Assembly: GCA_017458655.1 (NCBI GenBank)
Contig: JAFTAG010000002.1
Location: forward strand, 1-52,808
Reading direction: 5' to 3'
DNA: 52,808 bases
Origin: Ruminiclostridium sp.
GTDB lineage: Bacteria; Bacillota; Clostridia; Oscillospirales; Ruminococcaceae
In this document: positions 1 to 10,143 of the stretch, piece by piece
Layout: each line of letters starts with the position of its first letter
How positions within the stretch are numbered: the first letter of the stretch is position 1
Notes under the pieces: generated by a model
What the model was told of the DNA's origin: nothing
What the model saw: the letters and a program-made list of their open reading frames with translations, nothing else
The model's database searches: none
Program-made: the position numbers and the translations under genes

Positions 1-755
1 GTCACGGGTGTGGTGGCAAGATCGGTCGCCATAAAGAACGCGCCGAGAACCAGTCCCCCCGACATAAGCTGCACGGGAACATCATATCCGCCTATCAGCG
101 ATAAAAGAGCCACAGTACCGATAAATGCAGCGGGGGTCACAGGGTCTATGATGCCTCTGATGATAAGATACAGCCCGCCGAGCAGCAGCGCGGCTGTGCA
201 GGTCTCACCGATACAGCCCGCACGCACCCCGAGGAACATATCGAGATACGACGCTACGGCTTCCGGCTCGGCGAGCGGTGTTGCGGAAGATACCGCATCT
301 ACAGCGAAAAAGTTGAACGGTGCCGGAGCAGTCCATGCCGTCATTGCTTTTCCGAATGACAGCATAAGTATTATCCTCGCCGTTATGGCGGGATTTGCGA
401 AATTCTGCCCGAGCCCGCCGAAAAACTGCTTTACGACGATTATCGCCGAAAAACAGCCTATCGCCGCCATATATACGGGAATTGTCGGCGGCAGGTTCAG
501 CGCGAGCAGCACGCCCGTTACTACGGCCGAAAGGTCGGAGATCGTCTGCTTACGTTTGGTAATGATATTGAAAAGCAGCTCGGCTATCACGCAGAAAAAG
601 GCGCACGATACGACAAGAACAGCCGCACGATACCCGAACAGGACCGTTCCCGCGATGACCGCCGGGAGCAGCGCGATAAGAACATCCAGCATTATCCTGC
701 GCGTTGTGAGCGCGCATTTTATATGAGGTGAAGGTTCGATAAGCAACTCGGGCAT
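1..755 (-). CDS. rnfD: Rnf electron transport complex subunit D (runs off the window edge)
   Basis: ATG at 755 gives MPELLIEPSPHIKCALTTRRIMLDVLIALLPA..., the typical RnfD N-terminus. Contains KQFFGGLGQNFANPA; lies directly after rnfC. Confidence 0.93.
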   Translation of the reverse strand, partial: MPELLIEPSPHIKCALTTRRIMLDVLIALLPAVIAGTVLFGYRAAVLVVSCAFFCVIAELLFNIITKRKQTISDLSAVVTGVLLALNLPPTIPVYMAAIGCFSAIIVVKQFFGGLGQNFANPAITARIILMLSFGKAMTAWTAPAPFNFFAVDAVSSATPLAEPEAVASYLDMFLGVRAGCIGETCTAALLLGGLYLIIRGIIDPVTPAAFIGTVALLSLIGGYDVPVQLMSGGLVLGAFFMATDLATTPV

Positions 756-759
756 TATA

Positions 760-2064
760 TTAGCCTCTCTTGGTATATTTTGAAGCAAGCTCGCGCAGAT
801 AAAGCTTTGAGAGCTGGTTTTTTTCGGAAAGCGCTCTTTTTGCGGGACAGACGTACGAGCAGGCGCCGCAGTTCATACACAACTCAACATTCAGCTTTTT
901 GAGCAGCTCCGCGTCCCGCTTGTCATAAGCGTATTCGAGGTCGGTCGGCACAAGTCCCATCGGGCAGGCATTTACGCACCGTCCGCATCTTATGCAGGCC
1001 GTCTGTTCATATTTACGGGTATCAGAGAACAGCAGCACCGCGTTTATGGTCTTTATCAACGGCGTATCGAGTTCATACACCGCCGTTCCCATCATCGGCC
1101 CGCCGAAAAGTACACGATCGGGCTGCACCCTCACATCGGCAAGAGATATGATATCTCCGAGCAGCGTACCTATGGGTATCAGAAGGTTCTTCGGCTTGTT
1201 CACGATATTGCCGTCTATCGTCACACGCCGCTGTATAAGCGGGATCCCCGTTTTAAGGTATTCGGAAATGAACGCCGCGGTGGAGCAGTTCATCACAAGG
1301 CAGCCGACCGATGACGGAAGCTTTCCCTTTCCGACGACCCGCCCGGTGGTGTTGTATATCAGCACCTTCTCCGCGCCCTGCGGATATACCGACGGCAATG
1401 ACATCACAGAGATATCGTCATCATTGGCGGTCAGCTCCGTCATTCTGCTTATCGCGGCGGGCTTGTCGGCTTCTATACCTATTACGGCCCGCTTTATATC
1501 AAGATACTCCATTACGCGGCGAATGCCGTCGGCGACCTTATCCCCGTCCTCCATAAACGTTCTGTAGTCGGATGTTATATACGGCTCACATTCGGCTCCG
1601 TTCACAACGAGCGTGTCTATATGAACAGTCTCTCTGTCATACGAGAACTTGATGTGTGTGGGAAATCCAGCGCCCCCGAGCCCGACAGAACCGCTTTTTT
1701 TAACAGCAGCGATAAAATCCTCACGGCTGCCTATCTCGGGCGGCTTTATATCGTCCGCAAGCTCCCGATTTGGAAAGGTCTTTATGATGACCGCGTCGTG
1801 GAGCTTGCCGAATACGTTGATAACTTTTCGTATCTCCGTAACGGTACCGGTAACGCTCGAATGTATCGGAGCCGAAAGCACGGCATCGCTCGTTCCGATG
1901 AGCTGACCGGTCTTTACCGTATCGCCCGCCGAGACTATGGGAGTACACGGGACACCGCCGTGCTGCGCCATACTTATCATTACCCTGTCGGGCGTCTTTA
2001 TCCCGGTGCTGCGCGAATCCGCCGCGGAATTGAAATGCGGGAGCTTTATGGAATTGAGTTTCAT
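760..2064 (-). CDS. rnfC: Rnf electron transport complex subunit C
   Basis: GLGGAGFPTHIK and NGAECEPY motifs, GGPMMG, two CxxCxxCxxxCP ferredoxin motifs. Confidence 0.95.
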   Translation of the reverse strand: MKLNSIKLPHFNSAADSRSTGIKTPDRVMISMAQHGGVPCTPIVSAGDTVKTGQLIGTSDAVLSAPIHSSVTGTVTEIRKVINVFGKLHDAVIIKTFPNRELADDIKPPEIGSREDFIAAVKKSGSVGLGGAGFPTHIKFSYDRETVHIDTLVVNGAECEPYITSDYRTFMEDGDKVADGIRRVMEYLDIKRAVIGIEADKPAAISRMTELTANDDDISVMSLPSVYPQGAEKVLIYNTTGRVVGKGKLPSSVGCLVMNCSTAAFISEYLKTGIPLIQRRVTIDGNIVNKPKNLLIPIGTLLGDIISLADVRVQPDRVLFGGPMMGTAVYELDTPLIKTINAVLLFSDTRKYEQTACIRCGRCVNACPMGLVPTDLEYAYDKRDAELLKKLNVELCMNCGACSYVCPAKRALSEKNQLSKLYLRELASKYTKRG

Positions 2065-3026
2065 TCCGGATCGCCCCCCGTTTCCGCGAGTTTATCGGCA
2101 AGCTCGTCGGCGAGCTCCGTTAAGCGCCCGGACGGGCTTTCAAAGTAGCTGTTGCTTACGGAAATGACCCTACCCGCAGCGAGAAAGCCGATACTGTCGC
2201 TTACGGCAAGCTCCGCGAGCGATATCTCACTGTTCAGTATAACGACATCGGGCGGGGCTGCGATAAGCTGCATAACGTCATAGCTGTAGCCCGACGCGGT
2301 TTCCGCCGCATTTGTCCCGAAAAGCGAAAGCACCGAGCCTTCGAATGTATCGCCGCCCGCAGCGCGGAGCCCCTCGGTAATGTAAACAAAGCGTCCGAGT
2401 TCAATACCGCTTTCCGACAGCTTGTTTTTTACTGCGTAGAACGCTTTATTTCCGATCTCCTCGCCGTCGAACATACCCTCGAACATCATTCCGAGAGCGC
2501 AGTAAACACGCCCGAATTCGTCAAGAGAACGGGACGCGGGTATATATACCACCTTTATGCCGCTTTCCGAGAGCGAAACGATATCGCGGCTCTGCATACG
2601 CGTAGCGGTGAGCACAACGTCCGGGGCGGCCTTCTTAATTCCTTCAAGGTCGGGAGCGGTCGGCCTGCCGTGATCGGCAAGAGCGGCTACCTGCTCCGGA
2701 TATTCGCAGTAGCTGCCCCTGCCGATAAGCTTATCGCCGAAGCCGAGCTCATATATCATCTCGGCAAGACCGCCCGACAGGCATATCACCTTTTCCGGCG
2801 GCGTTCTTATCTCGGTATCGTTGATCACAACGGGATAGCCCTCCGGCAGAGTCTCGCCGCCCTCACCTCCCACGGAAAGGACGGCTTCGCCCAAAGAGGT
2901 CACGGACACATCGGTGTCCGTCGTGACATCGGCGGACGAGATATCCTCACAGCCCGAAAGGAGCAGTACGGCTGTAAGCAGCATAGCTGTACATATTTTT
3001 TTTAAATGTGAAACTTGTTCAGACAT
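2061..3026 (-). CDS. Lipoprotein, helical-backbone (Fe/B12-type) ABC substrate-binding protein
   Basis: Lipobox LLLSGC; PEKVICLS...EMIYELG..DKLIGRGSYCEYP and PDLEGIKKAAPDVV motifs; ATGA overlap with rnfC. Confidence 0.8.
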   Translation of the reverse strand: MSEQVSHLKKICTAMLLTAVLLLSGCEDISSADVTTDTDVSVTSLGEAVLSVGGEGGETLPEGYPVVINDTEIRTPPEKVICLSGGLAEMIYELGFGDKLIGRGSYCEYPEQVAALADHGRPTAPDLEGIKKAAPDVVLTATRMQSRDIVSLSESGIKVVYIPASRSLDEFGRVYCALGMMFEGMFDGEEIGNKAFYAVKNKLSESGIELGRFVYITEGLRAAGGDTFEGSVLSLFGTNAAETASGYSYDVMQLIAAPPDVVILNSEISLAELAVSDSIGFLAAGRVISVSNSYFESPSGRLTELADELADKLAETGGDPE

Positions 3027-3046
3027 CAAATGACCTTCGATCGTTT

Positions 3047-4237
3047 CTATATTCGTTCGATATCGAGCCCGAGCTCCATTCTCGCCTCGAGCATATCCAC
3101 GAGCTGTCTTGCGGTTCGCGGGGAACGTCCGTTCTTTCTGAGCGCATACCTTTCGGCAAGCATAACGAGCCTGTCTTCCGGTATATCGAGCTCCCTGTCC
3201 GCGGCGATACGCTTCACGATATCGAGGTACCCCCTCTTATCCGGCATCATAAACGTGATATACAGCCCGAACCTATCTGCGAGCGAAGCCTTTTCGTCCC
3301 GCGCATCGGCCTCATTGTGCTCGTCCGAACGCTCCGACGCTGTCTCCTTAATGATGTGCCGCCTGTTCGTGGTAGCGTAGATAACACAGTTGTCCGGCAT
3401 AACGTTCACGGAGCCTTCAAGCGCCTGTTTCAGCACGCCGTACCCGGGATCGCCCTCCTCGAAATTCACATCGTCGAGAAAAAGAATAAATTTCAGCGGA
3501 TTTCCGCGAAGCCTGTCGTATATTCCGTACAATTCGGTAAGATCGCTCTTGCGGACAAGGACTATCCGCAGCTCGGGATATTCGTTCACGACCGCCTTGA
3601 CCGTGCTGGATTTACCCGTTCCCCTGTCGCCGTAAAGCAGGACATTGCTGTATTTGCTGCCGTTGATGAAGCAGAGCGTGTTGTCGATAACGGCTTTTCT
3701 CTGCGTATCGTAATTTTTCAGGTCGCAAAGCCTTATCCTGTCGAAATGCTCCACGGGTGTGATATCGCCTTTATCACAGATAAACGCCTTGCTCCGCTCA
3801 AACAGTGATGTTCCGTATCTGCGTTTATACTCCGCCACGGTCTCGGCTGTCAGCACCGTATCGCCGTTTTCGTAATACGGGAACACGATGTCCTCGCTTA
3901 TCGAAAACCGCGTCCGTATGTCCGATATCAGTTCATCGGGCTTCAATGCGGACAGTCGGGATAATATGGCAATATCCCGGGAAATATTGTCATACAGCAG
4001 CTTTGAGCCTGTTCGCAGATACTCGTCAAAAATGCTGCCGCCTTTATCGGCCGCGAGCAGGAATATGTACCGCGACAGGCTTTGTCCGCGGGAAAGCAGT
4101 ATCCCGCATAGCCCGGAATATGCCGAGACCGCGGTATCTCTGTCCTCGGAGCGGATATTCTTTAAACACACCAGCGCCGTGTCATTCTTATACTCACTAT
4201 TTGCAAGCAAAGACAGCGACAAACATATATCAAGCAT
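3047..4237 (-). CDS. DUF815-type AAA+ ATPase
   Basis: NVLLYGDRGTGKSS (Walker A), FILFLDD (Walker B), YATTNRRH, LADRFGL, RSPRTARQ. Confidence 0.85.
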   Translation of the reverse strand: MLDICLSLSLLANSEYKNDTALVCLKNIRSEDRDTAVSAYSGLCGILLSRGQSLSRYIFLLAADKGGSIFDEYLRTGSKLLYDNISRDIAILSRLSALKPDELISDIRTRFSISEDIVFPYYENGDTVLTAETVAEYKRRYGTSLFERSKAFICDKGDITPVEHFDRIRLCDLKNYDTQRKAVIDNTLCFINGSKYSNVLLYGDRGTGKSSTVKAVVNEYPELRIVLVRKSDLTELYGIYDRLRGNPLKFILFLDDVNFEEGDPGYGVLKQALEGSVNVMPDNCVIYATTNRRHIIKETASERSDEHNEADARDEKASLADRFGLYITFMMPDKRGYLDIVKRIAADRELDIPEDRLVMLAERYALRKNGRSPRTARQLVDMLEARMELGLDIERI

Positions 4238-4334
4238 CTTGCATTCTCACTTCTTCAAAAATCAATATATAGTATATTATATCACATATTCCACTAAATA
4301 GCAATACCCTACAGCCATTTTTACAAAATATTTA

Positions 4335-4532
4335 ATGTGAAAACCCGGGTAACCCACCATATAATTAAGCGCGAAGCGCAACCGCAACTATTCACTATTC
4401 ATTATTCATTTTTCACTCTTCACCGACACAGGTAGAAATAATGAATAATGAATAGTTACGGTGCGGCTTCACCGCATATCCGAATAATGATGTAGCCCGA
4501 TCATATCATTATGTTGAGTTATCCGGGTGATC
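4335..4532. repeat. Composite heptamer/palindrome repeat element, copy A (most complete)
   Basis: Order: left terminus aatgtgaaaacccgggtaacccacca, hairpin gcgcgaagcgc, (TTCAYTR)n, spacer, (AATGAAT)n, gcggcttcaccgc, right terminus gttgagttatccgggtgatc. Collinear with 30780-30930. Confidence 0.85.
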
Positions 4533-5238
4533 GATCTCCCCCGGTCTTATTGAACTCGGCTTTGAGCTTATCTATCGCCTTTTTCTCGATACGCGACACA
4601 TACGAGCGTGAGATACCGAGTTTATCCGCGACCTCGCGCTGGGTCAGGGGTCGCGCTGCTCTGCCGTTCACGGAGAGCCCGTACCGCTTCACTATAATAT
4701 CACGCTCCCTGTCATCGAGGACGCTGTTCACATACTTGTAAAGAGCGTCCGTGTCGAGCTTCAGATCGACCTCATTGTCAATGCAGGTGTCGTCGCTGAA
4801 AATATCGGCCATAGTTATCTCGTTGCCGTTCTTGTCGGTATCTATCGGGTCATTGAGATACACCTCCGAGCTGCGGTGCTTGTTCTTTCTGAAATACATC
4901 TTTATCTGGTTTTGTATGCAGGTGCTCGCGTATGTCGAAAAGCTTATCTCCTTTGCGGGATCAAATGTCTCCGCAGCTCTGATAAGACCTATCGTTCCTA
5001 TAGAAACAAGGTCTTCGATATCGCGCGAGTCTCCGAAGTGCTTGTTCACTATGTATGCCACAAGCCGCAGATTATGCTCTATGAGCTTATCCCGAGCCGA
5101 ACTGTCACCGAGCGCCGCCCTGCGGGTAAGCTCCTCCTCCTCCTTCTTGGTAAGCTGTCTCGGATAAATGACCGCGTCAAGATGCAGCGCAAATATCACA
5201 AGATGCCGCATAGCCGTTTCCAGCAATTCACTGAACAT
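4519..5238 (-). CDS. sigK: Sporulation sigma factor SigK (pro-sigmaK-like), uninterrupted
   Basis: LIEHNLRLVAYI, DLVSIGTIGLI, DPIDTDKNGNEIT, LTQREVADKLGISRSYVSRIEKKA. GGAGG precedes the ATG at 5238 (alternative start 5259). Confidence 0.85.
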   Translation of the reverse strand: MFSELLETAMRHLVIFALHLDAVIYPRQLTKKEEEELTRRAALGDSSARDKLIEHNLRLVAYIVNKHFGDSRDIEDLVSIGTIGLIRAAETFDPAKEISFSTYASTCIQNQIKMYFRKNKHRSSEVYLNDPIDTDKNGNEITMADIFSDDTCIDNEVDLKLDTDALYKYVNSVLDDRERDIIVKRYGLSVNGRAARPLTQREVADKLGISRSYVSRIEKKAIDKLKAEFNKTGGDRSPG

Positions 5239-5276
5239 ATCAGACCGCCTCCGCTTCATAAAAAATAGCTCACCTT

Positions 5277-5303
5277 TATTCTATGAAAACGGGCTTGAAC
5301 AGT
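5277..5303 (-). promoter_or_regulatory. Putative sigmaK/sigmaE-type promoter of sigK
   Basis: Minus strand AC-N16-CATAGAATA matches the AC-N16/17-CATANNNTA consensus. Confidence 0.5.
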
Positions 5304-5394
5304 TTACAAAAATTTCGTCATACTATTGATTATTTCGACGGAATGTGATAAAATAAAGAAAACAGATACTTTTGCGAAAGAAGGTGTACCGTGA

Positions 5395-6276
5395 ATGAAT
5401 GAGAATCGTGACAGATATAACATCTGGCTGACTATGCTGCTCGGAACGGCAAATCCCAAAATTCACAAGATAAACGAGAGATACGGCTCTCCCAAAAAAG
5501 CCTATGAAGCAATAACAAGCGGAGATCAATACACACTTTCGGATAATGAGAGGACTGCGCTCTCCTATGTCACTATCGACAAGGCGGACGATGTTCTCGA
5601 CAAATGCGCCAAAATGAATGTATCTGTCTGCTCGCTCGGAAGCAAGGAATACCCTAAACTTCTCGCGGAGATCTACGACCCGCCCGCGGTGTTTTTCTAC
5701 CGCGGAGACCTGTCCTGCCTCGATGTGCTCAGTCTCACATTCGTAGGTGCAAGAGAGGCAAGTCCGTACATAATCAGGCTTTGTTCGCGGATATCCCGTG
5801 ACATCGGTATGCTCGACATAACACTTGTAAGCGGAATGGCACGCGGCGTAGATCAGGCCGTACACCGCACCTGTGTAGCCAATCATCTGCGTACCGTAGG
5901 CGTTCTCGCCTGTGGGATCGACTACGATTATCCTGCGGGAAGCAAGATACTGCGCGAGAAAATGGTAATTAACGGCGGGGCTTATCTTACCGAGCTGATG
6001 CCGGGCACTCCTCCCTCAAAAGAATATTTCAATCCGAGAAACCGTATCCTTGCGGGTCTTACGCGGGGAACCGCGGTATTTCAGGCAAGTGTGACCAGCG
6101 GCTCGCTCGTGACAGCTTCTTATGCGGCCGATGAAAACAGGGACGTTTTCTGTGTGCCGCCTCCCGATATTTTCGACCCGATGTATGAAGGCGTAAAGAG
6201 CTTCATTGACGACGGCGCTATCCCGATATTCAACCACAACGACATTCTTAAAGAATATGTCGGACTATATATTTAA
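5395..6276 (+). CDS. dprA: DNA-processing protein DprA
   Basis: YPKLLAEIYDPP, VGAR, VSGMARGVD, RNRILAGL, GSLVTA motifs. Confidence 0.93.
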   Translation: MNENRDRYNIWLTMLLGTANPKIHKINERYGSPKKAYEAITSGDQYTLSDNERTALSYVTIDKADDVLDKCAKMNVSVCSLGSKEYPKLLAEIYDPPAVFFYRGDLSCLDVLSLTFVGAREASPYIIRLCSRISRDIGMLDITLVSGMARGVDQAVHRTCVANHLRTVGVLACGIDYDYPAGSKILREKMVINGGAYLTELMPGTPPSKEYFNPRNRILAGLTRGTAVFQASVTSGSLVTASYAADENRDVFCVPPPDIFDPMYEGVKSFIDDGAIPIFNHNDILKEYVGLYI

Positions 6277-6278
6277 TT

Positions 6279-6388
6279 AATAATGAATAATGAATAATTG
6301 TGGAGCGCGCTGTGCGCGCAGATTTAAAATATGCGGCGAAGCCGCCTCCATAACTATTCACTGTTCACTGTTCACTGTTCACTATTAT
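6279..6388. repeat. Heptamer/hairpin repeat element, copy B
   Basis: aatgaataatgaataattgtggagcgcgc...atgcggcgaagccgcctccataactattcactgttcactgttcactgttcactatt; two half-elements in inverted orientation. Confidence 0.85.
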
Positions 6389-6535
6389 TGAGCATTTCCC
6401 CTGTTTCGGGGGAATTTTTTTGTAAAAAACAAAACCGCCTTGACGGGGCACCCGCCGGGCGATCTTGTTTTATCTATTCAGTTTTGTTGCCGTTAAACCT
6501 CACGGTCTGCGGCGACAGGCGAATAAATGACCGTT

Positions 6536-8284
6536 TTACTTCAGGAGACCGGAAGCCTTATAAGACGTATGCAGGAACTGATGCGCCTTATGTCCGCCGA
6601 TCTCACCGAGGTATTCATATACCGACTTTATATCATCGGTCTCGTGGGATCTTCTTATCTTGTTTTCCTTATCGAGTCCGTAGAGTGCCTTAGCGCGCTC
6701 TGCACGGATATCGGTGAAGTTGCGTACATCTGCGGGAACGATGACCTGACCGCCGCCGTTTACACAGCCGCCCGGGCAAGCCATTATCTCGATGAACTGT
6801 ACATCTATCTCGCCGCTCTTTACCTTTTCGAGCAGCTCTCTTGCGTTTGCAAGACCGGAAGCCACAGCTACCTTGACGGTAACGCCGCCCGCGGTGTATT
6901 CCGCAAGCTTGACGCCCTTGACACCGCGAACCTCGGTGAATTCAACGGGGCTGTCGCTGTTCTCGCCGGTGAGCTTCCATACAGCCGTTCTGAGGGCAGC
7001 CTCCATAACGCCGCCGGTAGCACCGAATATTACCGCTGCACCGGAGCCGCTGCTCATCGGAACTTCAAATTCTTCATCGGCAAGCTCGTTGAAGCGGATA
7101 CCCGCTCTGTTTATCATCTTGACGAGCTCTCTTGTTGTGATAACAACGTCAACATCGGGAACGCCCGCCGCGCTCTGGTCGGCTCTGCCGATCTCGAACT
7201 TCTTCGCGGTACACGGCATTACGGACACGGAAACGATGTTCTTGGGGTCGATGCCGTTCTTTTCAGCCCAGTATGTCTTTATCATTGCACCGGACATCTG
7301 CTGAGGAGACTTGCAGGTGGAGAGGTTCGGGATAAGCTCGGGATAATAAGCCTCGCAGTATCTTATCCAACCGGGCGAGCAGGATGTTATCATCGGAAGA
7401 ACGCCCTTGTTCTTGATCCTTTCAAGCAGCTCGTTGGACTCTTCCATAATAGTAAGATCCGCGCCGAAGTCGGTATCGAAAACATGATCAAAGCCGAGCT
7501 TTCTGAGCGAAGCAGCGAGCTTGCCCTGTACGTTCGTACCCATAGGATAGCCGAAAGCTTCGCCGAGAGATGCACGAACGGCGGGAGCTGTCTGTACTAT
7601 TACGACCTTCTCGGGGTCGTTGATAGCTGCCCAAACCTTATCGGTATCGTCCTTCTCGGAGAGAGCGCCTGTCGGGCAGACAGCGATACACTGACCGCAG
7701 GAAACGCAGGCAGTTTCGGCAAGAGGCATTTCAAACGCGCAGCCGATAGAGGTCTTGAAGCCTCTGTTGTTTGCGCCGATAACGCCTATGCCCTGTGTAA
7801 CACCGCAGGCTGCAACGCATCTGCGGCAGTTGATGCACTTGTTGTTGTCACGATACATATGAGCGGCGCTGGTATCGATCTCGTAATGATTTCTTGCGCC
7901 CTCGAACAGCAGCTCATCATCGACACCGAGCTCACGGCAGAGAGCCTGCAGCTCGCAGTGACCGCTTCTTGCGCAGGAAAGGCACTTACGGTCGTGATTG
8001 CTGAGCAGGAGCTGAAGGGTCATCCTTCTGCTCTCGAGCACTGCGGGAGAGTGAGTGAGGATATTCTTGCCCTCATCGAACTTGGATATGGGGTAAACGC
8101 AGGCAGCAACAAGGCTTCTGGCACCCGTCATTTCAACAACGCAGATACGGCAGGCGCCTATCTCGTTGATCTCTTTGAGCCAGCAGAGCGTAGGGATCCT
8201 TACACCGTTATCGCGACAGGCTTTCAGAATGGTAGTACCCTCTTCAACGGAAACATCTACGCCGTTAATTTTAATATTAACCAT
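6536..8284 (-). CDS. hydA: [FeFe]-hydrogenase catalytic subunit (group A, bifurcating type)
   Basis: H-cluster motifs TSCSPGW, MPCTAKKFE and EIMACPGGCVNGGGQ; N-terminal 2Fe-2S, His-ligated and two 4Fe-4S motifs. Confidence 0.95.
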   Translation of the reverse strand: MVNIKINGVDVSVEEGTTILKACRDNGVRIPTLCWLKEINEIGACRICVVEMTGARSLVAACVYPISKFDEGKNILTHSPAVLESRRMTLQLLLSNHDRKCLSCARSGHCELQALCRELGVDDELLFEGARNHYEIDTSAAHMYRDNNKCINCRRCVAACGVTQGIGVIGANNRGFKTSIGCAFEMPLAETACVSCGQCIAVCPTGALSEKDDTDKVWAAINDPEKVVIVQTAPAVRASLGEAFGYPMGTNVQGKLAASLRKLGFDHVFDTDFGADLTIMEESNELLERIKNKGVLPMITSCSPGWIRYCEAYYPELIPNLSTCKSPQQMSGAMIKTYWAEKNGIDPKNIVSVSVMPCTAKKFEIGRADQSAAGVPDVDVVITTRELVKMINRAGIRFNELADEEFEVPMSSGSGAAVIFGATGGVMEAALRTAVWKLTGENSDSPVEFTEVRGVKGVKLAEYTAGGVTVKVAVASGLANARELLEKVKSGEIDVQFIEIMACPGGCVNGGGQVIVPADVRNFTDIRAERAKALYGLDKENKIRRSHETDDIKSVYEYLGEIGGHKAHQFLHTSYKASGLLK

Positions 8285-8307
8285 TATATTTCTGTTCCTT
8301 TCCTGAA

Positions 8308-10098
8308 TTATTCTTTAATGATAGCGCCGAAATTGCAGTTTGACATACAAGCACCGCACTTGATGCACTTTGCCTGGTCTATAACGTGCGGTTCCTTGAC
8401 CTTGCCCGTGATAGCGTTTACGGGGCAGTTTCTTGCGCACTTTGTGCAGCCCTTGCACTTGTCTGCTACGATCTTGTAGCTGAGCAGCTTGGTGCAAACG
8501 CCTGCGGGGCACTTCTTGTCCTTGATATGGGCGATATACTCGTCCTTGAAGTAACGAAGTGTGGAAAGGACGGGGTTCGGCGCAGTCTGGCCGAGACCGC
8601 AGAGGGAGTTGTTCTTGATATAGTAGCAGAGCTTCTCCATCTTGTCGAGGTCTTCCATTGTGCCTTCGCCGCTCGTGATCTTTTCGAGCATCTCATAAAG
8701 GCGCTTTGTACCGATACGGCAGGGCGTGCACTTACCGCAGGACTCATCTACCGTGAATTCGAGGAAGAACTTGGCGATATCCACCATACAGTTGTCCTCG
8801 TCCATAACGATAAGTCCGCCGGAGCCCATCATAGAGCCGATAGCGATAAGGTTATCGTAGTCGATCGGAACATCGAGGTGCTCTGCGGGTATGCAGCCGC
8901 CGGAGGGTCCGCCGGTCTGCGCGGCCTTGAACTTCTTGCCGTTCGGGATGCCGCCGCCTATCTCGAATACGATCTCGCGGAGAGTGGTGCCCATAGGTAT
9001 CTCGACAAGGCCGGTATTATGTATCTTACCGCCGAGTGCGAATACCTTTGTGCCCTTGGACTTCTCGGTACCCATGGAGGCGAACCAGTCGGCGCCCTTG
9101 AGGATTATCTGCGGGATATTTGCGTAGGTCTCAACGTTGTTGAGTACGGTGGGCTTCTGGAAAAGACCCTTTTCAGCCGGGAACGGAGGACGGGGTCTCG
9201 GCTCACCGCGCTTGCCCTCGATAGAGGTCATAAGAGCGGTCTCTTCGCCGCAGACGAATGCGCCCGCGCCGAGACGGATATCGAGGTTGAAATCAAAGCC
9301 CGAACCAAACAGGTTCTTACCGAGCATTCCGCGCTCTCTTGCCTGATCTATGGCTATCTGGAGTCTGTGAACGGCGATAGGATATTCCGCACGGACATAT
9401 ACATAGCCCTGTGTAGCGCCGATAGCATAGCCAGCGATGGACATAGCCTCGATTATAGCGTGCGGGTCGCCTTCAAGAACGGAACGGTCCATAAACGCGC
9501 CGGGGTCGCCCTCGTCGGCGTTGCAGCATACATATTTCTGATCCGCGTCCTTAACGAGGTCACGGGCGAGCTGCCACTTTCTGCCGGTGGGGAATCCCGC
9601 ACCGCCGCGTCCGCGGAGACCGGACTTGAGCACTGTGTCGATAACGTCCTGCGGGGACATTTCCTTTAGGACTTTCTGGATAGCCTTGTAGCCGTCTTTT
9701 TCGATATAATCGTCAATGTTTTCGGGATTTATGACACCGCAGTTGCGCAGAGCGACGCGGTTCTGCTTTTTATAGAAATTGGTCTCGTTATAAGCTATGA
9801 TGCCGTTGGGAGTCTTTGTCTCTTCATAAACGAAATCCTCAACGATGCGGTCATTGATGAGGTGCTCCTCAACGATACGGTCGATATGCTCCTCACTCAT
9901 CATAGAGTAGAACGTACCCTCGGGATATACTATCATAATGGGGCCGAGAGCGCAAAGACCGAAGCAGCCTGTTCTGACTACTTTGACGTGATCGGCGATA
10001 CCCTTGCTTTTGATTGCCTCTTCAAGCTTGTCTGCTATCTTCATACTTCCGGAAGACGTACAGCCTGTACCGCCGCAAATTAAAACCTTACGATCCAT
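8308..10098 (-). CDS. hydB: NuoF-like NAD/FMN-binding hydrogenase subunit
   Basis: GLRGRGGAGFPTG, CNADEGDPGAFMDR, GAGAFVCGEETAL, ESCGKCTPCRIG, C-terminal ferredoxin motifs. Confidence 0.95.
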   Translation of the reverse strand: MDRKVLICGGTGCTSSGSMKIADKLEEAIKSKGIADHVKVVRTGCFGLCALGPIMIVYPEGTFYSMMSEEHIDRIVEEHLINDRIVEDFVYEETKTPNGIIAYNETNFYKKQNRVALRNCGVINPENIDDYIEKDGYKAIQKVLKEMSPQDVIDTVLKSGLRGRGGAGFPTGRKWQLARDLVKDADQKYVCCNADEGDPGAFMDRSVLEGDPHAIIEAMSIAGYAIGATQGYVYVRAEYPIAVHRLQIAIDQARERGMLGKNLFGSGFDFNLDIRLGAGAFVCGEETALMTSIEGKRGEPRPRPPFPAEKGLFQKPTVLNNVETYANIPQIILKGADWFASMGTEKSKGTKVFALGGKIHNTGLVEIPMGTTLREIVFEIGGGIPNGKKFKAAQTGGPSGGCIPAEHLDVPIDYDNLIAIGSMMGSGGLIVMDEDNCMVDIAKFFLEFTVDESCGKCTPCRIGTKRLYEMLEKITSGEGTMEDLDKMEKLCYYIKNNSLCGLGQTAPNPVLSTLRYFKDEYIAHIKDKKCPAGVCTKLLSYKIVADKCKGCTKCARNCPVNAITGKVKEPHVIDQAKCIKCGACMSNCNFGAIIKE

Positions 10099-10143
10099 AT
10101 TTGAATTTTCCTTTCAATTTATTGACAGTAGTTTATTTTGCGA

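Noticed and set aside
10-726. 238-aa plus-strand ORF
   Set aside because: Antisense shadow of rnfD, which is clearly encoded on the minus strand.
4519-5238. skin-like interruption of sigK
   Set aside because: The reading frame is continuous through all sigma regions and there is no recombinase nearby.
6331-6693. ORFs containing HNYSLFTVHCSLL-like peptides (also 50906-51403 and 52113-52748)
   Set aside because: Translation of the heptamer repeat on its stop-free strand, overlapping real genes; not credible proteins.
6527-9669. Long plus-strand ORFs (650 aa and 427 aa) opposite hydA/hydB, and similar shadows opposite the ligase, argG and other genes
   Set aside because: Antisense open frames produced by codon bias; no motifs and no ribosome-binding sites.
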